Below are positions 36,617 through 46,225 of a stretch of 64,000 bases of DNA, piece after piece (the stretch's first letter is position 1; every line of letters begins with the position of its first letter). Made by a program: the position numbers and the translations under genes. The notes under the pieces are model-generated. The model was not told the DNA's origin. It saw only the letters and a program-made list of their open reading frames with translations, and did not search any database. The stretch is from Burkholderiales bacterium (GTDB lineage Bacteria; Pseudomonadota; Gammaproteobacteria; Burkholderiales; JACQAP01): contig DATENC010000006.1 of the NCBI GenBank assembly GCA_035275265.1, forward strand, positions 243,667-307,666. Reading direction: 5' to 3'.

Positions 36617-37545
36617 TGCGGATCGTATTTGCCGGCACGCCGGCGTTCGCCGCCCATGCGCTGCAGGCGCTGATCGAGGGTGGCCATGAGATCGCTTTGG
36701 TGTTGACCCGGCCAGACCGGCCCGCCGGCCGGGGCCTCAAGCTCGCCGTTGGCGAAGTCAAGCAACTCGCCGAGCAGGCGCGTCTTCCCCTGTTGCAACC
36801 TCAGACGCTCAAGGATGCGCAACTGCACCTACACCTGCATGCGGCTGGCGCGGACGCCATGGTGGTCGCCGCTTATGGGCTGATCCTTCCGCCGGCGTTG
36901 CTGGATTTGTTCCCGGCAGGCTGCATCAATATCCACGCTTCACTGTTGCCGCGCTGGCGCGGCGCCGCCCCAATTCAACGCGCCATTCTGGCGGGCGACG
37001 AGGAAACCGGTGTTGCGATCATGCGCATGGAAGCAGGGCTGGACAGCGGTCCGGTTTATCAAAAGCGGCGCATCCCGATCGCCGGGGACGACACGGCTGG
37101 AACCCTACACGATAAGCTCGCGGCGCTTGGCGCTCGCTGCATCGTCGAAGCGCTCCCCGCAATTGCAGACGGAACCCTCGAAGGCGTACCGCAAGACGAA
37201 GACGGCGCTACTTACGCCCCCAAGATCGCCAAGCACGAGGCGGCAATCGACTGGCGCCGCAACGCGGTCGAAGTTGACCGTCAGTTGCGCGCATTCAATC
37301 CCTTCCCCGGCGCGTACTCCACATTGCGCGGCGAACTCCTGAAGGTCTGGAGTGCCACAGTCGCGGCAGCTTTACCCGCGCCGCCCGGGACCATCCTTCG
37401 TGCCGATGAACAGGGTATCGTCGTCGCGTGCGGAAACGGTGCATTGTGTGCGACCGAGTTGCAGCGTGCGGGCGGAAAGCGCCTTGCGGCAGCGGAATTC
37501 GTGCATGGATTGGCGCTCGCCCCCGGCGAGCGTTTCGGCGCCTGA
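36616..37545 (+). CDS. fmt: Methionyl-tRNA formyltransferase
   Basis: FAGTPAFA, VAAYGLILP, NIHASLLPRWRGAAPIQR. Confidence 0.98.
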   Translation: MRIVFAGTPAFAAHALQALIEGGHEIALVLTRPDRPAGRGLKLAVGEVKQLAEQARLPLLQPQTLKDAQLHLHLHAAGADAMVVAAYGLILPPALLDLFPAGCINIHASLLPRWRGAAPIQRAILAGDEETGVAIMRMEAGLDSGPVYQKRRIPIAGDDTAGTLHDKLAALGARCIVEALPAIADGTLEGVPQDEDGATYAPKIAKHEAAIDWRRNAVEVDRQLRAFNPFPGAYSTLRGELLKVWSATVAAALPAPPGTILRADEQGIVVACGNGALCATELQRAGGKRLAAAEFVHGLALAPGERFGA

Positions 37546-37558
37546 TCCGCGGGCCGCG

Positions 37559-38824
37559 GTGCGCAACGTCCAACGCACTGCAGCGCAAACCGTGGCTGCG
37601 GTGCTTTCTGGAAGGAACCTGAATCACTCGCTGGAAGCGGCATGGAAGCGCGCCCGTGCGCTAACCCGCGCCGAACGAGGAGCGATACAGGATCTATCCT
37701 ACGGAACGTTGCGCCATCTGGGCAGGTTGCGTGCGGTGTTGACACAGTTGGCGACGAGACAGGTGGAAAATCCGGAGCTGCAAACGCTGTTGCTGGTTGC
37801 GCTATACCAGCTGGAATACAGCGAGGCTGCCCCCTACGCGGTGGTAGATCACGCGGTAGAGTGTGCGGCGCAAATCGGCGGTGGTCACCTAAAGCCGTTC
37901 GTCAACGCGGTACTACGCAATTTCCAGCGCGGCCGCACCGCGCTGTTGAAAGAAGCGGACAGTACAGACGCAGGCTTCTATTCGTATCCAGCGTGGTGGA
38001 TCGAGCGGCTGCGGCGCGACTTTCCGCTAGACGCACACGATATTCTTCAGATCGGCAATATGCATCCGCCGATGACGTTAAGGGTCAACCGGCGTCGCAC
38101 CACGCCGCAGGAGTACCTGCAGGAACTCGAGCGTGCAGGACTGAATGCGCGCATGCTCGATGGCGGCGCACTCACATTGCTGCGCCCAGTGCCGATCGAG
38201 CAACTGCCAGGGTTCGGCCAGGGCGTCGTGTCGGTGCAGGATGCCGGGGCACAGCTTGCCGCGCGGCTTCTCGATCTTGACGACGGCATGCGCGTGCTCG
38301 ATGCCTGCGCTGCACCCGGAGGCAAGACCGCGCACATGCTCGAGCTCGCCGACCTGGATATGACCGCGCTCGATGCCGATCCGGAACGCATCAAGCGCAT
38401 GAACTCGAACCTGGGGCGCGTTGGCGTGAGTGCGCGGGTCGCCCGCGCTGATGCCGCCGCTATCGAAGAGTGGTGGGATGACAGGCCGTACGACCGGGTG
38501 TTGCTGGATGCACCGTGCACGGCCTCTGGAGTAGTGCGGCGTCATCCCGACATAAAATGGCTGCGCCAGGCTGGCGATTTGCAGCGCTTCGCCGAACAGC
38601 AGCAGCGCCTCCTTGAAGCGCTGTGGAAGGTCCTCGGCCGCGGTGGTAAATTGCTCTACGTGACCTGCTCGATTTTCACGGAAGAGAACCAGGAACAAAT
38701 CGGCGGGTTCGCGGCGCGGCACCCGGACGCGCGGATTCTGGGCGCAATGCCGGGGCGTGGCGGACTGCTGCTCCCGGATAACGAGCACGATGGTTTCTAT
38801 TACGCCCTCCTGCAGAAAAACTAA
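37559..38824 (+). CDS. rsmB: 16S rRNA m5C967 methyltransferase RsmB
   Basis: GTG start at 37559; VQDAGAQ, DACAAPGGKT, DAPCTASG, YVTCS, HDGFYYA. Confidence 0.96.
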   Translation: MRNVQRTAAQTVAAVLSGRNLNHSLEAAWKRARALTRAERGAIQDLSYGTLRHLGRLRAVLTQLATRQVENPELQTLLLVALYQLEYSEAAPYAVVDHAVECAAQIGGGHLKPFVNAVLRNFQRGRTALLKEADSTDAGFYSYPAWWIERLRRDFPLDAHDILQIGNMHPPMTLRVNRRRTTPQEYLQELERAGLNARMLDGGALTLLRPVPIEQLPGFGQGVVSVQDAGAQLAARLLDLDDGMRVLDACAAPGGKTAHMLELADLDMTALDADPERIKRMNSNLGRVGVSARVARADAAAIEEWWDDRPYDRVLLDAPCTASGVVRRHPDIKWLRQAGDLQRFAEQQQRLLEALWKVLGRGGKLLYVTCSIFTEENQEQIGGFAARHPDARILGAMPGRGGLLLPDNEHDGFYYALLQKN

Positions 38825-39377
38825 TTTGCTGCGCTGGTTGCCCGCAGCGGTTGCCCTCTGCTGCGGCATCGCCCTCGCCATGACTGAGGGCATGTTCGTG
38901 AAATCGGCGCAACTTAGGCTCCTGGGCGGAGGGTACTATCTCGATGCGAACTTCGAGGCTGGCCTCACTCCGACACTCGAGGATGCGCTCAACAAGGGTT
39001 TGCCGCTGCATTTCGTCATCGAATTCGACCTCATCTATCCGCGCTGGTACACCGCTTACCTGTGGAACAAGTCGGTGGCGGAATGGGAGCAGCATTCCCG
39101 GTTGTCTTACAACGCGCTCACGCGCCAATACCGGTTGAGCTTCGGTTCACTGCACCAGAATTTCGACGCTCTCAACGATGCGCTAGCCCTGCTCGGCCGA
39201 GTGCGTCCGCGTTTCGTCGTCGATGCGGATGCGCTGGACGAAGGCAAGGTCTACGAAGCCGCAATACGTATGCGCCTGGACACTTCGCAGTTGCCCAAGC
39301 CGTTCCAGATCAATGCGCTTGCTTCGCGCGACTGGAACCTTTCCTCCGAATGGTTCCGCTGGACGGTCACGCGATGA
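38790..39377 (+). CDS. DUF4390 domain-containing exported protein
   Basis: DALNKGLPLHF, LSYNALTRQYR, LDTSQLPKPFQINA; conserved position between rsmB and the NtrY-like kinase. Start approximate. Confidence 0.85.
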   Translation: MVSITPSCRKTNLLRWLPAAVALCCGIALAMTEGMFVKSAQLRLLGGGYYLDANFEAGLTPTLEDALNKGLPLHFVIEFDLIYPRWYTAYLWNKSVAEWEQHSRLSYNALTRQYRLSFGSLHQNFDALNDALALLGRVRPRFVVDADALDEGKVYEAAIRMRLDTSQLPKPFQINALASRDWNLSSEWFRWTVTR

Positions 39378-41578
39378 AGACTCTCGCGCGCACTGTCAGG
39401 CGCTCGTTGAGCAGCCGCGGCATGAAGTTGCTGATCGCACTTGTGTTGGTGCTCGGCGCGATGATGCTGTACCTGTTGTCCACCGGCAGCGCCGACACGC
39501 CGCTGTTCTCCGGCGACTTGCCGCTGCTCCTCGGGCTGGGTGTGGGACTCGTGCTCGTGCTCATGCTGGTGGTCGGATACCAGTTGCTGGTGCTGCGCCG
39601 GCGCCTGAGGGCGCGTGTGTTCGGCTCCAAACTCACGCTGCGCCTGGTGTTGCTGTTCGCATTGGTGGCGGTGTTGCCTGGCACGATGGTGTACGCCGTA
39701 TCGGTGCAGTTCCTGTCGCGGTCGATCGAGTCCTGGTTCGATGTGCGGGTGGACAAGGCGCTGGAAGGCGGTTTGAGCCTGGGCCGGGTCACGCTGGACA
39801 ACATGCTCAAGGAGTTGCGCGCCAAGGCCGAGTCGATGACTCTGGAACTCACCGAACGCTCGCCGCAGCGCCGTCTGGCCTCGCTCAACACGCTGCGCGA
39901 AAAGGCCCTGGTACACGAGGCAACATTGCTCGGGCCCGACGGTTCTGTTATCGCATTCTCCGGCGCCGATCCTCGTGGTCTGGTCCCAGACCTGCCCTCG
40001 CCATCGGTGGTGCGACAGGTTCGCATGCAGCAGCCCTACAGCGCGATCGAGGCGGTGGGCGAAGGCGGACTGCAACTGCGGGTTCTGATGCCGGTGAACG
40101 ACGTATCCGGCGCCACCTCGTTGTTGCAGCTGATACAGCCCGTGCCGCCCCAACTGGCGCGCGATGCCCAGACCGTCCAGGAGATCTACCGCGATTACCA
40201 GGAGTTGTCGCTGTCGCGCCAGGGTTTGCAGCGTTTTTATGCGCTGACGCTGACGCTGACGCTGCTGCTGGCGCTGCTCTCCGCATTGTTGCTGGCGATC
40301 GTCTTCAGCGAGCGTCTGTCCGCGCCGCTCGGCATTCTAGCCGCGGGTACACGCGCGGTAGCGCAAGGCGACTTCAGGCAACGCCAAACGGTCAAGACCC
40401 GCGACGAGCTGGGCCTGTTAACCGAATCATTCAATACCATGACTATGCAGCTTGCCGACGCACGCGCCGAGGCACAACGCAACCAGGAGGCGCTCGCCGC
40501 GGCCAAGGCCTACCTCGAAAGCGTGCTCGGCAATTTGTCTACTGGCGTGATGTCTTTCGACTCGGAATATCGATTGCGCTCCGCCAATCTGAGCGCCGAG
40601 CAGATTCTCGGCGTGGACGTCGGCGCGCTGGTCGGCACGCATCCGCAAGAATGGGTGCAGCGCGAACCTCGGCTCGCGACGGTCGGCCAGATTGTGCACG
40701 AAGCATTCCGGCAGGCGCGTCCTGACGTTTGGGAACAGCAGGCCGAAATGGCCGGCACCGCGGGCAGGCAGGTGCTGTTGTTGAGAGGCTCACGCCTTAC
40801 CGCCGGGGCGGAATCTGGAATGGTACTGGTGTTCGACGACATCACCCGCCTGTTGCAGGCACAGCGGTTCGCGGCCTGGGGCGAAGTGGCACGGCGCTTT
40901 GCCCACGAGATCAAGAATCCACTCACCCCGATCCAGCTTTCGGCGGAGCGGCTGCAGCACCGGCTCGCCGACAAGCTCGGCAAGCAGGAAGCCGAGATCC
41001 TGCTGCGCTCCACACAGACCATCGTCAACCAGGTGGCGGCGCTTAAAGGCATGGTGGATGCGTTCAGCCATTACGCTCGCTCGCCCGAACCCGACCTGCA
41101 GCCGCTGGACCTGAATCAACTCATTCGCGACGTCCTCGGGCTGTACGAGGCATCACGCCCGGCATTGCAACTCGACCTGGCTGCCGACCTTCCACGCGTA
41201 TCGGGCGATGCGGCGAAGCTGCGTCAGGTGATCCACAACCTGCTGCAGAATGCGGAGCAGGCGGTGTCGGAAGTAACGGTGCCGCGCATCGTACTTCGCA
41301 CCGATTCGATCGAGGATGGCGTACGGCTCGCCATCCAGGACAACGGTCCGGGTTTTCCGGAGTCATTGATGGGGAGTGTTTTTGAACCCTATGTCACGAC
41401 CAAGGCCAAAGGAACGGGATTAGGATTGGCCATCGTCAAGAAAATAGTCGAAGAGCACAACGGCAGCATCTCAATCGTCAACTTGCCGTTGCGCGGAGCA
41501 AGCGTAGCGGTTTTGCTGCCTCGCGCACCGGTCGTGGCGGCTGCGTTGCGGGCCAACCACAGACAGGCGGGAAGATGA
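39374..41578 (+). CDS. NtrY-like sensor histidine kinase (HAMP-PAS-HisKA-HATPase)
   Basis: FGSKLTLRL, SIESWF, WGEVARRFAHEIKNPLTPIQLSAERL, DNGPG, GTGLGL; ATGA overlap with DUF4390. Confidence 0.92.
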   Translation: MKTLARTVRRSLSSRGMKLLIALVLVLGAMMLYLLSTGSADTPLFSGDLPLLLGLGVGLVLVLMLVVGYQLLVLRRRLRARVFGSKLTLRLVLLFALVAVLPGTMVYAVSVQFLSRSIESWFDVRVDKALEGGLSLGRVTLDNMLKELRAKAESMTLELTERSPQRRLASLNTLREKALVHEATLLGPDGSVIAFSGADPRGLVPDLPSPSVVRQVRMQQPYSAIEAVGEGGLQLRVLMPVNDVSGATSLLQLIQPVPPQLARDAQTVQEIYRDYQELSLSRQGLQRFYALTLTLTLLLALLSALLLAIVFSERLSAPLGILAAGTRAVAQGDFRQRQTVKTRDELGLLTESFNTMTMQLADARAEAQRNQEALAAAKAYLESVLGNLSTGVMSFDSEYRLRSANLSAEQILGVDVGALVGTHPQEWVQREPRLATVGQIVHEAFRQARPDVWEQQAEMAGTAGRQVLLLRGSRLTAGAESGMVLVFDDITRLLQAQRFAAWGEVARRFAHEIKNPLTPIQLSAERLQHRLADKLGKQEAEILLRSTQTIVNQVAALKGMVDAFSHYARSPEPDLQPLDLNQLIRDVLGLYEASRPALQLDLAADLPRVSGDAAKLRQVIHNLLQNAEQAVSEVTVPRIVLRTDSIEDGVRLAIQDNGPGFPESLMGSVFEPYVTTKAKGTGLGLAIVKKIVEEHNGSISIVNLPLRGASVAVLLPRAPVVAAALRANHRQAGR

Positions 41579-42834
41579 GCCAGATCCTGGTAGTCGACGA
41601 CGAAGTCGGCATTCGCGAGCTACTCTCGGAAATTCTGCGCGACGAGGGTCACCAGGTGCGGCTGGCGCAGAATGCAAGCGAGGCACGCCAGATTCGTGGC
41701 CGCGCGCGTCCGGATCTGGTACTTCTCGACATCTGGATGCCCGATACGGACGGCATCACTCTGTTGAAGGAATGGGCAAGTACCGGGCAGCTCAACATGC
41801 CGGTAGTGATGATGTCCGGCCATGGCACCATCGACACGGCAGTGGAGGCAACGCGCATAGGTGCGTACGCCTTCCTGGAAAAACCGATTGCGTTGCAGAA
41901 GCTGCTTTCCACCGTCGGCACAGCGCTCAAGCAAGGCGCGCCGAGGGCCGGTGTGCCTGCGGTGCTGGCCACTATCGGCAAGGCGCGCGCAGTGGAGCAG
42001 TTGCGCGCCCAGCTCGAACGTTTGCGCGAATTGAAAACGCCCGCGCTTTTTGTCGGCGAACCGGGGACCGGCATGGAACAGTGCGCACGCCTCCTGCACC
42101 AGCCCAACACGGCGTGGGTGGTACCCGAGGATCTGGCCGCATTCGACCATGCGGAGAACAATCTCGTCGGAAAGGCGGCGGAAGGCATCTTGTACCTGCG
42201 CGACATCGACGTGCTTACGCGCAGCCAGCAGAAGAACCTGCTGGGACAGGCCCTCAAGCTGGATCGCTTCAACACGCGTATCCTTTCCTCGACTTCTGCG
42301 CCGCTCATCGAATTGGTAGCGGGCGGTGCCTTCGATCCGAGACTCTATACGCTGCTGGCTGGAGTTATCGTGCGCGTGCCCGCGCTGCGCGAGCGCGCGG
42401 AGGACGTTCCCGACCTTGCTAACCTGGTGCTGTCGCGGGCGATCGAAGCGAAGGAAGCATCGCCACGAGCGTTCAATACTGCGGCGCTGAATGCCCTGCG
42501 CAACTACAATTGGCCCGGCAACCTGGTTCAACTCGAAAGCGTAGTACAGACGGTGGCCCAGCTTACCCTCGGCGGCGAGATCGGCGTTGCCGACGTCACC
42601 AATGCGTTTGCCACTCTCGAAGCCACGCTTCCCAGCCCGGCGCAGTCGCTGCCGCTGGACCGCGAACTGCGCGAGGCGCGCGATGCCTTCGAGCGCGTCT
42701 ACTTTGAATATCACCTCGATCGCGAGGGCGGCAACATGAGCCGGGTGGCGGATCGGGTCGGCCTGGAGCGCACCCACCTTTATCGCAAGCTAAAGCAGCT
42801 TGGTATCAAACTGACGCGCCGCTCCGACGAGTAG
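41575..42834 (+). CDS. NtrX-like response regulator (REC - degenerate AAA+ - Fis HTH)
   Basis: ILVVDDE, LLDIWMPDTDG, MMSGHG, WPGN, GLERTHLYRKLK. Confidence 0.92.
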   Translation: MSQILVVDDEVGIRELLSEILRDEGHQVRLAQNASEARQIRGRARPDLVLLDIWMPDTDGITLLKEWASTGQLNMPVVMMSGHGTIDTAVEATRIGAYAFLEKPIALQKLLSTVGTALKQGAPRAGVPAVLATIGKARAVEQLRAQLERLRELKTPALFVGEPGTGMEQCARLLHQPNTAWVVPEDLAAFDHAENNLVGKAAEGILYLRDIDVLTRSQQKNLLGQALKLDRFNTRILSSTSAPLIELVAGGAFDPRLYTLLAGVIVRVPALRERAEDVPDLANLVLSRAIEAKEASPRAFNTAALNALRNYNWPGNLVQLESVVQTVAQLTLGGEIGVADVTNAFATLEATLPSPAQSLPLDRELREARDAFERVYFEYHLDREGGNMSRVADRVGLERTHLYRKLKQLGIKLTRRSDE

Positions 42835-42880
42835 CGCGGCATCCGGATGGACTATCCGGGCTAGAATACTTGCATAGTCG

Positions 42881-42903
42881 ATCCCGGTCAGCCGGGATTT
42901 TTT
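42881..42903 (+). terminator. Putative intrinsic terminator upstream of tkt
   Basis: ATCCCGG-TCAG-CCGGGAT followed by TTTTT. Confidence 0.55.
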
Positions 42904-42922
42904 GTGTTCTCGAAGGGGACTC

Positions 42923-44908
42923 ATGGCAACAAGGAAGGACCTGGCCAACGCGATCCGCGCGCTGGCGATGGACGCGGTGCAGAAAGCCAATTCCGGCCAC
43001 CCCGGCATGCCGATGGGCATGGCGGAGATTGCCGAGGTCTTGTGGAATCATCATCTGCGCCACAATCCTGCCAATCCCAAATGGCCCGACCGCGACCGCT
43101 TCGTGCTGTCCAACGGCCATGGGTCGATGCTGTTGTACTCGCTCTTGCACCTAACCGGCTATGCGCTGCCGATGGACGAAATCCGGCGCTTTCGCCAGTT
43201 GCATTCGATGACTCCGGGCCACCCCGAGTACGGCATGGCACCGGGCGTCGAGACCACCACCGGCCCGCTCGGGCAAGGACTCGCCAATGCGGTCGGCATG
43301 GCCATCGCAGAGAAGCTTCTGGCCGCCGAATTCAACCGACCTGGACACGAAATCGTGGATCACCGCACCTACGTATTTATCGGCGACGGTTGCCTGATGG
43401 AAGGCATTTCGCACGAAGTCTGCTCGCTTGCCGGCACGCTGGGACTGGGCAAGCTGATCGCGATCTACGACGACAACGGTATTTCCATCGATGGCCATGT
43501 CAGCGGCTGGTTCAGCGATGACACGCCGAAGCGTTTCGAGGCCTACGGCTGGCATGTGCTGCGCCACGTCGACGGCCACGACGTTTCCGCTGTGGATTCT
43601 GCGATCATCCAGGCGTTGCGAGTTGCGACCCAGCCGAGCCTGATCTGCTGCAAGACGGTGATCGCAAAGGGCTCGCCGAACAAGGCCGGTAGCCACGAAG
43701 CGCATGGCGCAGCGCTTGGTGACAAAGAAGTCGCGGCGACCCGGGAGAACATCGGCTGGAAGCATGCTCCATTCGAAATCCCGCGGGAAATCTACGCTGG
43801 CTGGGATGCGCGGGCGAAAGGCACCGAACTGGAAACGGACTGGAACCGGAAATTTGCTGTCTACGCGAAGGCCTTTCCCAAGGAGGCCGGCGAATTCACC
43901 CGCCGCGTGAACGGAGAGCTACCGAATTCGTGGCGTGCGCATGCACAAGACTTGGTAGCCAAGGTCAATGCGAAGGCCGAGGCCATTGCGAGCCGCAAGG
44001 CTTCGCAGAACGCCATCGAGAACCTGGCGCCGGTGCTGCCGGAACTCGTCGGCGGTTCTGCCGACCTCGCCGGTTCCAACCTCACGCTCTGGTCCGGATC
44101 CAAAGGCGTATCGAAGGACGGCGGCGGCAACTACATCTACTATGGCGTGCGCGAATTTGGCATGTCCGCAATCATGAACGGCATGGCGTTGCACGGCGGC
44201 CTGATCCCCTACGGTGGCACGTTCCTGACGTTTTCCGATTACTCCCGAAATGCGCTTCGCATGGCGGCGCTGATGAAAATCCGCAGCCTGTTCGTGTTCA
44301 CTCACGACTCAATCGGCCTCGGTGAAGACGGACCCACCCACCAGTCGGTCGAACACGCGGCTAGCCTGAGGCTGATACCGAACATGGACGTGTGGCGTCC
44401 GTGCGACGGGGTCGAGTCCGCAGTGGCGTGGATTGCCGCGATCGAACGACGGGATGGTCCCACCAGTCTGCTGTTCTCGCGCCAGAACCTGCCTTTCCAG
44501 GGACGCAGCGCCGAGCAGATTGCCTCGATCACGCGCGGAGCGTACGTACTTGCCGATTCCGACAAGCCTCGGGCAGTGATCATCGCCACTGGCTCGGAAG
44601 TGGCATTGGCGATGGGTGCGAAGAAGGAACTGGACGGACAAGGTATCGCGGTGCGTGTGGTTTCCATGCCTAGTACGAGCGTTTTCGATCGGCAGGATAC
44701 AGCCTACAGAAACGCCGTCCTGCCCAAGGGGGTCAAACGCGTGGCGGTGGAAGCGGGCATCACTGATTACTGGCGTAAGTACGTCGGGCTGGAAGGCGCG
44801 GTAGTGGGACTGGATCGCTACGGCGAGTCGGCACCGGCCGGCGATCTCTTCAAATTTTTCGGATTCGCGGTCGATGGCGTCGTCAACGCCGTCAAAGGCG
44901 TGCTGTAG
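42923..44908 (+). CDS. tkt: Transketolase
   Basis: [53 protein letters not shown]; ATG at 42923. Confidence 0.99.
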   Translation: MATRKDLANAIRALAMDAVQKANSGHPGMPMGMAEIAEVLWNHHLRHNPANPKWPDRDRFVLSNGHGSMLLYSLLHLTGYALPMDEIRRFRQLHSMTPGHPEYGMAPGVETTTGPLGQGLANAVGMAIAEKLLAAEFNRPGHEIVDHRTYVFIGDGCLMEGISHEVCSLAGTLGLGKLIAIYDDNGISIDGHVSGWFSDDTPKRFEAYGWHVLRHVDGHDVSAVDSAIIQALRVATQPSLICCKTVIAKGSPNKAGSHEAHGAALGDKEVAATRENIGWKHAPFEIPREIYAGWDARAKGTELETDWNRKFAVYAKAFPKEAGEFTRRVNGELPNSWRAHAQDLVAKVNAKAEAIASRKASQNAIENLAPVLPELVGGSADLAGSNLTLWSGSKGVSKDGGGNYIYYGVREFGMSAIMNGMALHGGLIPYGGTFLTFSDYSRNALRMAALMKIRSLFVFTHDSIGLGEDGPTHQSVEHAASLRLIPNMDVWRPCDGVESAVAWIAAIERRDGPTSLLFSRQNLPFQGRSAEQIASITRGAYVLADSDKPRAVIIATGSEVALAMGAKKELDGQGIAVRVVSMPSTSVFDRQDTAYRNAVLPKGVKRVAVEAGITDYWRKYVGLEGAVVGLDRYGESAPAGDLFKFFGFAVDGVVNAVKGVL

Positions 44909-44952
44909 CGAAACCCGGACGGCGGCCGTACCGGTACGAACGAGGAGTCGCG

Positions 44953-45918
44953 ATGGGCAAAACGCTCCGGCTGGTCGGTGACATCGGCGGGACCAACGCA
45001 CGTTTCGCGCTGGTGGCCGACGGCTCCAGCCAGCCGCACCAGGAGCAAGTGGTGCCTTGCGCCGAGTTCGAGGGCCTCGAGCAGGCGATCCGCCGCTACC
45101 TTGCCGATCATGGCAATCCAGGGATTCGCGAAGCCGCGCTCGATGTGGCGACCGGACTCACCGGCGATTTCGTACAGTTGACCAACGGACCCTGGGGATT
45201 CTCGATCGAAAAAACGCGCCGGGCACTGGCGCTCGATCGGCTGCATGTGATCAACGATTTCACCGCGCTTGCGTTGTCGGTGCCCACGCTGCAGCCGCAC
45301 GAATTGAGGCAGGTCGGCGGCGGCAACTCTGCCGCGGGAACCGCGATCGCGGTGATCGGACCGGGAACCGGCCTGGGCGTGTCCGGCTTGCTCCCCGCGG
45401 GCGAGGGCTGGATCACGTTGCAGGGTGAGGGGGGACACACTGCATTCAGTCCGACGACCGAGCGCGAGATCGAGGTCCTGCGTTGGCTGATGCAGCGTTT
45501 CGAGCATGTTTCGACCGAACGCGTGGTGAGCGGCATGGGACTCCAGAACCTCTATCAGGCCTTGTGCGCACTGGACCACACCACAGCGGAGCAGCTAAAC
45601 CCGGCGCAGATTACCGAAGGCGCGCTCGGCGGCAAAGATAAGCAGTGCCGCGAGGCGCTCGACATGTTCTGCGCCATTCTCGGTGCGGCGGCGGCAAACC
45701 TGGTGGTGACACTGGGCGCGCGTGCGGGCTGTTATGTCGGCGGCGGAATCATTCCCAGGCTGGGGGAGTATTTTTCGCGTTCGCCGTTTCGCGCCCGATT
45801 CGAGTGCAAAGGCCGGTTCTCGACTTACATTGCGGCGGTTCCGACTTACGTGATCCTGGCGGAAACACCCGCCCTGCGCGGATTGGCCACGATTTTTCAG
45901 CACACGGAAAAATCATGA
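44953..45918 (+). CDS. glk: Glucokinase (E. coli Glk type)
   Basis: GDIGGTNARFAL, INDF, GPGTGLG, GEGGH, ERVVSG, GGI. Confidence 0.95.
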   Translation: MGKTLRLVGDIGGTNARFALVADGSSQPHQEQVVPCAEFEGLEQAIRRYLADHGNPGIREAALDVATGLTGDFVQLTNGPWGFSIEKTRRALALDRLHVINDFTALALSVPTLQPHELRQVGGGNSAAGTAIAVIGPGTGLGVSGLLPAGEGWITLQGEGGHTAFSPTTEREIEVLRWLMQRFEHVSTERVVSGMGLQNLYQALCALDHTTAEQLNPAQITEGALGGKDKQCREALDMFCAILGAAAANLVVTLGARAGCYVGGGIIPRLGEYFSRSPFRARFECKGRFSTYIAAVPTYVILAETPALRGLATIFQHTEKS

Positions 45919-46202
45919 CGGGCATGGCCGACGCGATCGGATTCCTGGCCGGGGCGCTGACGACCATCGCATTCGTTCCGCAAGCACTGAAGATGTACAC
46001 CACCAAGTCCGGCAAGGATGTTTCCGCCAGGATGTTGATGATTTTCAGCGCCGGCGTGTTTCTATGGCTGATCTACGGCATCATGATCGAATCGCTGCCG
46101 GTCATCCTGGCCAACATCGTTACGCTGATCCTCTCGGGTGCGATCATCGTGCTCAAGATCCGCTACAGCCGCCCCAATCCACACCCTACGGAGAAGCACT
46201 GA
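45915..46202 (+). CDS. SemiSWEET (PQ-loop) sugar transporter
   Basis: 95 aa, three TM helices, IGFLAGALTTIAFVPQ...KSGKDVS...GVFLWLIYG...PVILAN; ATGA overlap with glk. Confidence 0.9.
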   Translation: MTGMADAIGFLAGALTTIAFVPQALKMYTTKSGKDVSARMLMIFSAGVFLWLIYGIMIESLPVILANIVTLILSGAIIVLKIRYSRPNPHPTEKH

Positions 46203-46225
46203 ACTCACGTGCGGGCCGGACCACT

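Noticed and set aside
39223-40725. 500-aa alternative-frame ORF and GCTGAC/GCT repeats near 40240-40280
   Set aside because: Off-frame shadow of the kinase; the repeats simply encode the LTLTLTLLL transmembrane helix.
41620-42777. 385-aa minus-strand ORF
   Set aside because: Antisense shadow of the NtrX-like regulator.
45645-45914. Possible long SemiSWEET or Glk-SemiSWEET fusion
   Set aside because: Different frames with a standard ATGA overlap; two separate genes.
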